The notes beneath the pieces are model-generated. The model was not told the DNA's origin and made no database searches. It saw only the letters and a list, made by a program, of their open reading frames with translations. A program made the position numbers and the translations under genes. From positions 11,842,001 to 11,906,000 of the forward strand of contig JAQFVV010000005.1 in assembly GCA_028023455.1 (NCBI GenBank): 64,000 nt of DNA. Direction: 5' to 3'. Shown piece after piece: positions 25,878 through 37,676 of the stretch; position 1 is the first letter of the stretch, and each line of letters opens with the position of its first letter. The DNA is from Epiperipatus broadwayi (Eukaryota > Animalia > Onychophora).

Positions 25878-28800
25878 TCATTCTTTTTTCCATAAACAAT
25901 GAGCAAAGAAGATACAGAGAACAACACATTTTCCCGATTTTTTCACTGATTATTTACTAAATTAGGGACGAGTTTAACCTAATACAATTTTTATATTGGA
26001 TATTTGACCATTATATGTACGTATGAGTTTCATCATTCTTAATTTTAAAAAAGTCAAAAATCATGAAATTAATTGCACGTTATGAAGAATGATGAAAAAG
26101 TCTCATTACTTTTTTTGCATTTAAGTGAATGAATAGTACATGCCTTCCTAAACAATATGTTGCAACGCGTCATTACAATGAATATGCTAATGAAGTATAT
26201 CTTTCATAGGCTGTTTTAATTATCTTCAATTTTACGAATATTCTAATATATTGCATCAATACTGTTATGTTTATATATGCTTACGTGAACACCTTAATAT
26301 ATCAGTGAGTTCTGGTTTCTCACCATTATTTTAAGTTTTAAATTATTCCACTGCTTTTTAATCCCATTACTAATACACAGTTGCAACTTATAAATGGAGC
26401 TCCGGCTATCTATCATAAAGAAGTTTTCAAATCCTACATAACATTACATAATTTATGGAAAGGAAATCAAAAAAGGGGAAGGGTGGAGAAAGATGAAAGA
26501 GAAAGCAGAAGAAAAAAGAGAAAAGAAGAAAGGGAAGGGAAAGAGAAATTAACATGTAATTATTTCCTTTTTTTTGTATATAATGTATATAGATTGTGAC
26601 GTTTTTTTAAATAAAGACCTTACTTAAATAAAAATAAATTAGAAATAAGTGAAACTATTAATTTCAAATATTTTGCTAATATGAAGGATTAATTTACAGA
26701 AAAATATTGCCAGAGTTTGTACATGAAAAACAAGTTGAGAACTTTATATGATGGTTAAATGGCTTTTAAATAGCTTACTAATGAAAATTGAGAAAGATGA
26801 TATTACTCACTAGAATTAACATATATTTTAACACTTTATCATCGTTAATTTATTTTTTTAATTGAGATTAGCTAGGCAGCCACTTGTCAACAATTTTGAA
26901 AGGCTATGAACAACTTTTGCACTTAGAAGTATATTTAATATTAATTTTACATAAAAATATTGAAACGCACATTTTTTTAAATCATTAAATATTATAAAGA
27001 AAATAAAGCGATTTAATCATTTTATTTATAAATGTAATTTTAATTTAGAAGTGCTTTTCATTAAAGTTTTATTGGTTTTGGTTAATCTATAATAGAAAAA
27101 TACTTTTCGAGTGTAAGAAAATCTTACCTAAATTCTGCTTGGTGCAGTATTTGTTTTTTAATAAAGAAACTATGAGTTTTGGAAGTGCTTACTGGACAAT
27201 ATAAAATAATAATTATTTATGTCATCAAAAATTTAAAAAAAAGTAGAAGGAAGATTCCAACATTTAACGTTGTTTTTTTCAGACGCTCGTTAGGCCATTC
27301 AATTTCTAAATAAGTTAATATAATCTCTTATTTATATTCGATTAATCGTTACATTAATTTTTATAAATATTATGGTGGTGAAGCAACATTCCTCCTGCCA
27401 CTAATTGAAGACTTTCATGGGGTAACAGCTTGTCCTTAGATAAATCAAAATGATATTTAGTAAAAGATCGAAAATTATAAATATTTAATTGCAGAATTAG
27501 TCAATAGAGGATGCAATGGTATTTTTTTAAAAAAAAACCAACTCTACGAATACAAACGATCATTATGTTCGAGATTAAAGTTAATACTGTTTTAAGTCAT
27601 ATTTCCTTCTTTCGTTTCTGCTTGACCTATAACTTTTTTTAAAAAATACGTGCTATCAGTTGAAGCAAAGTTAACATATTTTTTTGTTGTTGATAAAATT
27701 AAAAGTATTTTAAATAATAGTACCATAGTTTCTTTCTTAGCATATTTTAAATGCTATAGTGAAATTTTTTAGAATAGAGTATTTTAACAACAAAAAAATG
27801 TCATGGAAATATAAGTAAGTGTTTTTTGGAAATCGTTTGATTTTTATACTTTTTATAATAATTGTCTTAGATGAAAATCTGCCCCGACTGATTTTAGTAG
27901 CTTAAATTAGCGTACTTGGGGGAAAAATGATAATTTTCTGTTAAATTAATGATCTAAAACTTTTATACTTTCGTGGTTCTTTTGATTAGGATTAAATCAT
28001 ATCTCAAAGCCTGGCATGCCATTTCAAGCACATTACAATTTGATTTTTAGCAAAGTCAAAAAAGGGGACAAAATCTCTCCTTTATATTTTTGTAGCCATG
28101 TGCAGTCTGAACATTGCCTTTTATATTAACAAATTTAACTCCTCAATTTTTTTAAATTACTATGAACTTGCAATACTAAATAATTTATTTGTAATTTTTT
28201 TATTTATCACTATATATTTATTTAAAGATTATCACACACATTCCGTCTTCTATATATTTCATTGTAAGTAATTCATTCAATAAAAATATATTAAAGCAAC
28301 AAAATATCTTGTATGATGTGTTGTCTGGCTTAGATAAAAGGTTGGTCATTAGTTATTGCTAATACACTTTCGAGTATCCTATTGATCTAGTTATCACAAA
28401 TTTTAAAATATATAAACATTATAATTGTCTGGGGAGAATAGAAAACATTGCATAAACTGTTGATTAATGATAAATGAAATATTAATATTACATTGATAAA
28501 GTAATAATAAAATGATGCCTAAAGCAACTGCTAATAATTTCAATATGAGATGCAGAATTTGATACAGTTTATAGAGATGTTAGATCAATTTTTTACTAGT
28601 TTATTACAGATCTTTAAATTATTTGAATACTGTACTCAATTTTTAAAATACCAATCAAAATAATATCTAAAATCTGAAAATATTTATAAATAAAAGTTTT
28701 AATTAAGATTTGGACATTAATTCTTATTAATTATAGTCACTTTTATATAAAAACAATCAAGAAGTGACCATTAAGATTATGACAAGATAAAGTATAAAAA

Positions 28801-29109
28801 AGAATGTAAATAATGATTTAAATGATAACTAATCTTAAAATTTGATAATATGCTTAAGAAGACAAATATTTAAAAGTGGTATGTCCAAATTTAAAATTAA
28901 ATTTCCAAAAAAAACAACAAAAAACTCCCAGCATATTCTGTAATAGTATCAATTAGAAGTCATAGAAACACCAAAATTACATGAAATTTCATTCACTTTT
29001 TAAAATGATTGACAATTTAACTAAATAGGATATGTATATAATAACTCTTTGCCTATATATTTTTTTGCTTCTGGAAGATTGTTGTGACAAAAATGTTTTA
29101 GTAATATAT

Positions 29110-29760
29110 AACAATAATAAAAAGTTTAAAATAATTTAAAACAAAATTGAACAGACAACTCATTATAAATAAAAAAATTATTTAATACAACAACCCAGCT
29201 TTTCATTCCTTATTGGAACCTTCTCAAGATGTTTCTTTTTATAAAATCACAAGGTTCCAATAAGGAATGAAAATCAGGTTGATGTATTAAATAAATTATA
29301 GTGAGTTATCTGTTTTAATTTTGTTTTAAATTGATTATTTTTAAATTTGTATATAAAAAGCAACGTTATGGACAAATTTTAAATAGAAATTTGATTGTAT
29401 TTGTGATTTTATTTTTATATAATTTTTGTTTATGTAATTATTCTATTTCTTAAATATTTTGTTTCTATTTCTCTTTATTTATTTACTAGTATAAATTTAA
29501 AAAATCTTTTCAATTTACCCCTACTGACCATTTCATTTTAAAAATAAAACAAAAATTTACAAGGAAAATAGTATGGGAAATTACATAAAGAACTGATTGT
29601 CTAATGTTGATAAAAAATACAAAATTAGTGGCTCATATTCAAGAGTATATACAACTATGAAATATTGTTCAAAAGAAGAAGAATACAATAAACAAAAAGA
29701 ATTGATAATTGAAGTATTAAAAATGAATCACTTTCCAGTACATATAATTAAAAGAAATCC
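29110..29760. mobile_element. Penelope-type inverted terminus plus PLE RT C-terminal fragment
   Basis: Inverted repeat ~29120-29230/29250-29350. Plus-strand translation at ~29620-29755, SRVYTTMKYCSKEEEYNKQKELIIEVLKMNHFPVHII, resembles the PLE motif RAxxICS...NGYP. Confidence 0.55.
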
Positions 29761-29767
29761 TTTATAT

Positions 29768-31448
29768 TGAACTGCCCACCTTCTTTATTTTAACTAATAG
29801 CGACAAATAGAAATCTAAAAATACTCTTTCTCCCTTGCTAAACTACCCAATCTTTGAAGGTGCTTGGTCCTCAGGTGGAGTGCAGAATATCATTGGCAGC
29901 AAGCTACCAATAATATAAACACTCGGCTACTAGACAAATACTGACCAAACAAACACTTTATTTATTTTAAGGTAAACCTTTAGGCACCAGTTAATTACAT
30001 AGTAATTAACATGTTTATCCGATCAGTAAAGAATCCAATACCTGAGACCCAGCTAGCTCATCGAATTGTAGCTGCTTTAAAAGAAAAGAAATCTCCGCCC
30101 AATCTAAACATTCTATTTTAAATAATAATAATGATTTACCGTACGCTAAACTTTGGCATCATTAACAAAACAAATCTTTATTCTTTAAGTTTTAATTTAA
30201 CTATTTCTTAATAATAATTAAATCTTTCTATTCCCACTTTATTAAAATATTATCTTAGCATAAATACGTGTATTCAAATATAAATATAAATATGTGTATT
30301 CAAATATAAATATTTAAATGACAGTTTAAATATCTTTTTATTTTATTTTTAAAACAGTCATTTTGCTTTATAATTCAAACACACACTCTTTTCATTTTAA
30401 ATAAATGTTTTAATACATTATAATAACTAAAATATACATGACATACTAAATTAAAATTCACACATACATGCACACAATGTCTTTGAATAAAGTTAAACAC
30501 AGAAGCCGATATCATTTGTATTTTCCAGATGCTACTTGGTAAAGTTTAAAGTTTTATTTATTTATTTATCACAATTTTTTTTTTTTTAAAAAAAAGAAAA
30601 TCAAGAATTAGAGAATATTAAAACAAAAAGTTACCTAGGATTTGGAAATCTGAAATGACGTACATACAGCACAAAGCATTTTTAAAAAAAAAAGTTATCT
30701 ATGACTGGTTAGCGCTAACCTCCAGTAAATCCTCCTTGAATTCATGATATTATATAACCTTTTGTGGATTTTCAGCATAAACACTCCGCTATTTTATTGG
30801 CTTTATCCGAACATGGTTTGCCCTCCGAACTATCTGCTGATGTTATTCGCAGTGAAAGCTCCAGCCAGCTGCACAATACGGTAGATTTAACAATGCATCA
30901 TTTTGGTAGATATAACAATTTATATAATATTTGATTCAGTAATTTTAAGAAATATTTTCTTTTAAAATATCATAAATAATAATGGAATGTTGAAATTTTT
31001 AAACTGTCTTAACAATGAAAAAGTTTTGTTATGTCCAGCGTTTGTTATCTCGTGAAATTACGATCTTTTACTTCGCTCTGATTGGGCTTCTATTTTATTC
31101 TTTTGTTCAAAACTTTTGCACACATGCACACATTTAATTATTTTATTATAAAACAAAACAAATTTTTTCTTTATTATTTTTTATTACAAACTAATCAAAA
31201 ATAATATTAAATCATTTTTATTTCATCTTTTTTTTATTAAAATAAAAAAAATCTTACCCTCTTTAAAAGCGTTTATTATTTATTTTTCTTTAACAATAAA
31301 CCCCTCTACCCTACTCTTTTGTTTTTAATTTTCTTTTCCTTCAACTTTTAACTTTTATTTTCCCACTTTATTTTTAAAAGGCGAGATTTATGAAATATTA
31401 CTACTTTTAAATAATACTGCATATTCGATAACGATGTACCTCGGTACA
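29768..31448 (-). repeat. 3' LTR (1681 bp)
   Basis: Direct repeat of 33372-35194 without the SINE. On the minus strand it begins TGTAC and ends GTTCA. Confidence 0.92.
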
Positions 31449-31451
31449 TTA

Positions 31452-31467
31452 TCTCCGTCCCTTCCCT
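31452..31467 (-). other. Polypurine tract
   Basis: AGGGAAGGGACGGAGA on the minus strand, 3 nt before the 3' LTR. Confidence 0.85.
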
Positions 31468-31629
31468 GAAACTAAAATATCATTCTGAGCATTTTAGTTT
31501 TAAAATCTAAATTTATAAGTATTATATAAATCCCATTGCTTTATTAAATTGAAATTCGTTTTTTCATATCCGTGTAGTCATATTTATTTATTATAATTTC
31601 CATCCCATTATATTTTTATTTACGCTCGA

Positions 31630-32826
31630 TCAGGTGGCTCTTCCTGCCAAATAATTCATTATACCATCCCATCTCCTGTATCGATCTGGAGGCTCCCAGG
31701 ATAAGTTGCCGTAATCCACCTGCGTTAAAAACTCCGCCATTTCCTCTACTGACCGTCTATCTTTGGTTAACATTAGCTGTTGTATATTTGGAAGCATGTT
31801 ATTCTGTAATATTCGAATCATCTGACCATCCAACATAGGAAATGCCGTTAATGCCTTGAGTTTCGATACTTGTCGGTAAAAGAACTGCATGTGTTTCTCC
31901 ACGAGCATTGGAATACCTCTCCTGGGATATTTTGTACAAGATCCCATCTTGTCTGGCTTCATTCCAAAACGCCCTTAAAATGGAATGTCTATATTCTCCA
32001 AACATCTGCGGTTTATTGCTTAAGGTATGCCACCAATCACATGCTGTCTCTTGGAAGTAACTACTCGCCACCGCAACTTTATTCTCTTCTGGCAAATTTT
32101 TAAAATGAAACAAATTACCTAAGCTCTAAATGTTTCAACGGATTTTCTCCTACTTCCGCTTTGAATACTGAAATGGTAAATTGTTTTTCCATAAATCTAT
32201 TCATCCATACATCTTGCCAATCATCAAAATTGAAATTCTCACATTTCTGTTCTATCTGTTTTATTTTCTGCCCTATCTCTTCCATTACACTACTACATAT
32301 CTCCTTCAATTCAGCCTTTATATCCTCCTTGCTCTCTATTATTTTTCAGAATTTCCTAATCCCTTGTCTTTACTTTCTTTTGTGTTCTCTGTTTTTAGTT
32401 TAACTATTTTCTGTTGTGCCATTCTCTGGCTATTTACTAATTCCTGATATATCCCTTCTACTTGTCCTACTCTTGCTTGTAACTGACTCACTTCCCCATT
32501 GCTTAACTCCTCCTTCACTTCTTCCATGTTTTCTTTTAATTCTAAAATCTCAGACTTTTCTTCGTCTACATTTTTCTCATTACTTCTACCGCTTTTTCGC
32601 TTAAGTCCATTCTTCCCATTAATTCCTGTCTCAGTTCCTTCATCTCTGCCCTAAGCTCACTAACTTCCTGCTTCATTATTTGATGATTTCGGTTAATATC
32701 TTCGCGCATTTCCCTCATCATATTCATTAACATTTGAAATGTACTTTCCTCTACTATTTGTGGGTTTTTAAAGAATATCGGGCTTACTTCTAGCGTTGCC
32801 CCTCCATCACTTCTGCTTTCTTCCAT
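31630..32826 (-). pseudogene. Gag-like ORF (coiled-coil plus capsid-like domain), frameshifted
   Basis: Five minus-strand ORF pieces: a heptad-rich N-terminus, then GENPLKHL..., EENKVAVASSYFQETACDWW..., FYRQVSKLKAL..., QQLMLTKDRRSVEEMAEFLTQVD, then stop. No CCHC knuckle, protease or pol. Confidence 0.75.
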
Positions 32827-33182
32827 TTTGTCACTGATCTATCTAGCCTTATTTAAATATTAAATTTTTTTTCTATTTCAAAACGCATGTACAACTAACC
32901 TTAATCCTCTTAGTTCTACTTTTATGCCTCCTGTTCGTCTATCCTCATTCGTCCAGAGTGTCCCCTTATTTTTTTTTTTTTCTTAAGGATTATGCCTTCA
33001 CGTTATATAATGTCATATAAAAATCACTTTTAGTAGTTATGCTAATCTGACCGGTTCTTGGAAAAAAAACAACCTACTATCACGCTTTCTAACTTCTTTC
33101 TCACTAACAGTCACCTATATTACTAATGGATAACTTTGACCACACCATCTAAAAAACATCCAACTACAGTTTTTAGTCCTAT

Positions 33183-33371
33183 CATTTGAAACGACTAGTT
33201 TCGGGCCACGTTGATGCGCCAAATGAACGTCCCACTACTGCTTACGTTGGTCCTACCATTTGAAACATCTAGTTTCGGGACACGTTTATGCGCCAAATGA
33301 ACATCCCACTACAACTTACGTTGGTCCTACCATTTGAAACGACTAGTTTTGGGCCATGTTGATGTGCCAAA
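33183..33371 (-). repeat. Three tandem 74-bp units, each containing a primer-binding site
   Basis: PBS-like TGGCRCATMAACRTG... at 33351-33369, 33277-33295 and 33203-33221, each preceded by GTTCATT (LTR end plus 2 nt). Resembles the tRNA-Lys(CUU) PBS TGGCGCCCAACGTGGGGC imperfectly. Confidence 0.8.
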
Positions 33372-35194
33372 TGAACCGCCCACCTTCTTTATTTTAACTA
33401 GTAGCAACAAATAGATATCTAAAATACTCTTTCTCCCTTGCTAAACTACCCAATCTTTGAAGGTGCTTGGTCCTCAGGTGGAGTGCAGAATATCATTGGC
33501 AGCAAGCTACCAATAATATAAACACTCGGCTACTAGACAAATACTGACCAAACAAACCCTTTATTTATTTTAAGGTAAACCTTTAGGCACCAGTTAATTA
33601 CATAGTAATTAACATGTTTATCCGATCAGTAAAGAATCCAGTACCTGAGACCCAGCTAGCTCATCGAATTGCAGCTGCTTTATAAGAAAAGAAATCTCCG
33701 CCCAATCTAAACATTCTACTTTAAATAATAATAATGATTTACCGTACGCTAAACTTTGGTGTCATTAACAAAACAAATCTTTATTCTTTAAGTTTTAATT
33801 TAACTATTTCAGCTATTTTTTAATAATAATTAAATCTTTCCATTCCCACTTTATTAAAATATTGTCTTAGCATAAATACGTGTATTCAAATATAAATATA
33901 AATATGAGTATTCAAATATAAATATTTAAACGACAGTTTAAATATCTTATTTTTTTTTTAAAAAACAGTCATTTTGCTTTATAATTCAAACACGCACACT
34001 CTTTTCATTTTAAATAAATGTTTTAATACATTATAATAAGTAAAATATACATGACATACTAAATTAAAATTCACACATACATGCACACAATGTCTTTGAA
34101 TAAAGTTAAAACACAGAAGCCAATATCATTTGTATTTTCCAGATGTTACTTGGTAAAGTTTAAAGTTTTATTTATTTATCACAATTTTTTTAAAAAAAAA
34201 AAAGAAAATCAAGAATTAGAGAATATTAAAACAAAAAGTTACCTCGGATTTGGAAATCTGAAATGACGTACATACAGCACAATACATTTTTTTAAAATAA
34301 AGTTATCTATGACCGGTTAGCGCTAACCTCCAGTAAATCCTCCTTGAATTCGTGATATTATATATTCGTGGATTTTCAGCATAAACACTCCGCTATTTTA
34401 TTGGCTTTATCTGAACATGGTTTGCCCTCTGAATTATTTGTTGATGTTATTCACAGTGAAAGCTCTAGCTAGCTGCACAATACGGTAGATTTAACAATGC
34501 ATCATTTTGGTAGATATAACAATTTATATAATCTTTGATTCGGTAATTTTAAGAAATATTTTGGAATATTTTCTTTTAAAATATCATAAATAATAATGGA
34601 ATGTTGAAATTTTTAAACTGTCTTAACAATGAAAAAGTTTTGTTATGTCCAGCGTTTGTTATCTCATGAAATTACGGTCTTTTACTTCACTCTGATTGGG
34701 CTTCTATTTTATTCTTTTGTTCAAAACTTTTACACACACGCACACATTTAATTATTTTATTATAAAACAAAACAAATTTTTTCTTTATTACTTTTTATTA
34801 CGAACTAATCAAAAATAATATTAAATCATTTTTATTTCATCTTTTTTTTTTTATTAAAATAAAAAAAAATCTTACCCTCTTTAAAAGCGTTTATTATTTA
34901 TTTTTCTTTAACAATAAATCCCCCTACTGTCTTGCGTTGTTAGCCGAGAGGTATCGCAGTCGCCATGCAAGCAAGTACTTGGTTGCAGACGGTTGTGGGT
35001 TCGCGTCCCGGCCGACACCATGACATATGGAAAAAAAAAAAAAAAATCCCCCTACCCTACTCTTTTGTTTTTAATTTTCTTTTCCTTCAACTTTTAACTT
35101 TTATTTTCCCATTTTATTTTTAAAAGGCGAGATTTATGAAATATTACTACTTTTAAATAATACTGCATATTTGATAACGATGTACCTCAGTACA
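33372..35194 (-). repeat. 5' LTR (interrupted by a SINE)
   Basis: Direct repeat of 29768-31448, adjacent to the PBS. Confidence 0.92.
34928..35043 (+). mobile_element. Short tRNA-derived SINE with poly(A) tail
   Basis: A-box TAGCCGAGAGG, B-box GGTTCGCGTCC, ...GACACCA, then A-tail. 12-bp TSD AAATCCCCCTAC at 34916-34927 and 35044-35055. Absent from the other LTR. Confidence 0.85.
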
Positions 35195-35269
35195 ATATAT
35201 ATATCAAAGACATGTATAGTTAATTGAAGAACAATATCAAGATGATAAATTACATAGAAATATATTAAG

Positions 35270-35520
35270 TAACTTATTGTGGTATTAATGATAGATTAAA
35301 AGAGGAGTGCATGAGTGACAGATAGCATTGACATCATACTTAGAATTAAGCAACTGGAGTTTCAGTGGACTTGATGGAAAAGATGACAATAAATGAATAA
35401 CTGAAGTCCTAAATTGAATGTCAAAAAAAATGTATACTTAAAGGAGATCTTGTGTGATATGGATAGAGGAAATAAGAAAGCCCACTGAAATAATATGCTG
35501 AAGCTATATTTAAAAAAATC
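35270..35520 (+). mobile_element. Decayed RTE 3' fragment
   Basis: Translates to DIILRIKQL...EVLN*M...WIEEIRK, matching the C-terminus of the intact RTE ORF. Confidence 0.55.
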
Positions 35521-36693
35521 TTAATAAACTTGAAAGCCTTTGGACTTTTGTGGATTTTTAAAACACAAGATTTCAAGTATCTTCTTACTTAATTTGGAAG
35601 GAAGAAAACTGAAAGAAATCATGTAAATTGATACATTAAAAATATTCTTAAGTGGTGAAGTAAAAAAATTTACCTGATCATAGATTGTTTTCCCCCACTT
35701 ATTTAACATTCTGAAATATAATTATTATTTGCTATAGGATACGTTTTTAGAATAACTAAATTTATTTACAATGAATTTCTTTTCTCACTAAATTAATATT
35801 TCTAGAATGAATGTAACTGTTTTAATGAATATTTTTGATTGATAATAGCAAATGTGTGCAATATGTTTCAGAATCTCCCAGTTTTTTGTAGAGTGTCAGA
35901 CGTCTGTAATGCTTAGTTACTAATATATTTTGCTTATTTGTTTATTTGGAATTTTAACAGCCATTATACTGAAAATGTTTTACTTTAATTATTTCGTTAT
36001 ATAGGTATAATTTAAGCTGTGAGCTAAAAAATTACAACATCAAGAGAAAATAATTTTCAAGTGAGAAAGTTCTGAATTTGGAATGGCTAAATCAATCACC
36101 TGTATAATTTTTATTAAGGTAAATTTGTATATGTTTTCAAAGTTTGATTTTAGCCTTTACTAAAATCAAACTTTCAAATTTATTTGAACATTAAAGTGTT
36201 TATAACTGAAATATATATAGCAGTTAATTCTGTATTATTTGCAGTATATTTTTTCTATTGAAATGGTTTTATTGCTCCCTTATGGTAATGTTCTAGCATG
36301 AGGCCTGGAATGGATTATTTCTAAATAGACATTTTGATAAGTGTTAGAATGAACAGATTGCATAATAAATGAGTTTCTCTAACTAATTATTTTTATTATA
36401 TGAGATGGTACTGTATTCATGTTTTCATTATAAACAAAGATGCACACAAATCAATTCTGAGTGTATTTCACAAATTAATTATAATCAGCAATATACTTTT
36501 ATTATAATGTTAAAATATATATATATTTATAATGTTAAAATAAAACATAGATTTTGGAAATATATAATATACAGCACTGAGGTTGTTAGTTACTAATATA
36601 ATAAAATGACTGCTTTTTTATTTCATTAGTTATTGTTTCAGTGATTGACAAATAATATTAAATGAGTTTTAGTTTCTTATTTAATTAAATAGA

Positions 36694-36849
36694 ATTACGC
36701 TGTTGCACATGCGCTTTCCAAAGACTTTATCATGTGGTTGAGTGTTAGTATTCATTCATTTATAGTTAAAATCTTCAAAGCGCATGTGCAACAGCGTAAT
36801 GCTGTTTTAAATATTACAGTTTACAAACATTGTGCTATATAAAAATGAT
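36694..36849 (+). mobile_element. Small TSD-flanked insertion with inverted duplication and tail (331-bp family)
   Basis: Perfect 24-bp inverted arms at 36694-36717 and 36777-36800. Tail with GTGCTATATAAAAAT. 17-bp TSD TTATTTAATTAAATAGA at 36677-36693 and 36850-36866. Body matches the reverse complement of 50310-50385. Confidence 0.75.
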
Positions 36850-37459
36850 TTATTTAATTAAATAGAGTACTTCAATACTTTACATTTTTCGTTTGTCTAT
36901 ATTTATGAACATAAAGTTGATGCAAAGAAACTCCTTTTTTTAAGTAAGCAATTATTTTTTATTTTATCATAATTTTAAAACCCATATAAGTCTCATATGA
37001 CAATTTTAAACAACATTTTATAATTTTCATAAGAAACTTTAACGATACAATTACTAGATGATTGAGAAATAAAAATGCTTTGAGTAAATTTCGATTATAA
37101 TAATAGAAATAAAAGAAGTCATAGGTTTAAGGGAAGTGCTAATCAGAAATGGATATGGGAGCATCCAGATGAATGTACAGTAAAAGTGAATTATATTTTG
37201 ACTGTCAGAAAATATGTATTTAAAGATTGTAATATTTTTAATAGATTCAGTATAAGAAATGATCATCAATTAATGTGATGTAAGATATGTGTTAATGCAA
37301 AATCAGACAAAAATAAGGAAGTCAGTAATAATAGTTGATGTTCTTAATCTTCAGAAACACTCTAATGAATGTAAATTACAACTTGCAAGTCTTTTTAAAC
37401 TATTAACAGATTTTGAAGATGATTAAGATTTGACTGAAATCAATAAGAACATAACTGAT

Positions 37460-37676
37460 CTAGTGTCTGAACCTACCCTAGCACCTCTCTGAGGAATGCC
37501 AGAGCACGAAACCATGGTCAGAGGTTTGGGGCAGGGGTCCTGATAGAGATATTTTAAATGCTTTCTCTATCCAAGCATTTATCACAAAGCTTGTTGAGGA
37601 ATTGGCAATCTTCATTGTTTATAACTTACAAGCTTAAGAGTATAGGGTCATGTGATCTATGATTCTTATTTTGACT
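37460..37676 (+). mobile_element. 217-bp hammerhead-containing insertion (retrozyme-like) inside the RTE relic
   Basis: 9-bp TSD ATAACTGAT at 37451-37459 and 37677-37685. RTE homology resumes exactly after it. Confidence 0.8.
37483..37525 (+). ncRNA. Type I hammerhead ribozyme motif
   Basis: ACCTCT-CTGAGGA-ATGC CAGA GCAC-GAA-ACCATGGT-C-AGAGGT. Perfect 6-bp stem I (extendable), full core, palindromic stem III, GUC triplet (cut after 37519). First stem II pair is A-C. Confidence 0.85.

Larger units (their letters stand above)
29768..35194 (-). mobile_element. Non-autonomous gag-only LTR retrotransposon (Ty3/gypsy-like)
   Basis: Two ~1.7-kb direct repeats with TG...CA ends, ATAT flanks at 29764-29767 and 35195-35198, PBS, PPT, and a ~1.9-kb interior encoding only gag-like sequence. 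Confidence 0.9.

Noticed and set aside
26381-26599. 72-aa lysine/glutamate-rich ORF
   Set aside because: Arises from a GA-rich low-complexity tract; no domain or splice support.
33183-33376. 74-bp repeats as a CRISPR array, or their GAAAC-TAGTC-GTTTC hairpin as a hammerhead
   Set aside because: The units are whole tandem duplications without unique spacers, in eukaryotic context. No CUGANGA-like core lies upstream of the GAAAC.
37648-37656. TCATGTGAT shared between the 217-bp insert and the terminus of the 441-bp family
   Set aside because: A 9-mer that also occurs at 22691 outside any recognised element, so it is too weak to claim a shared recognition signal.
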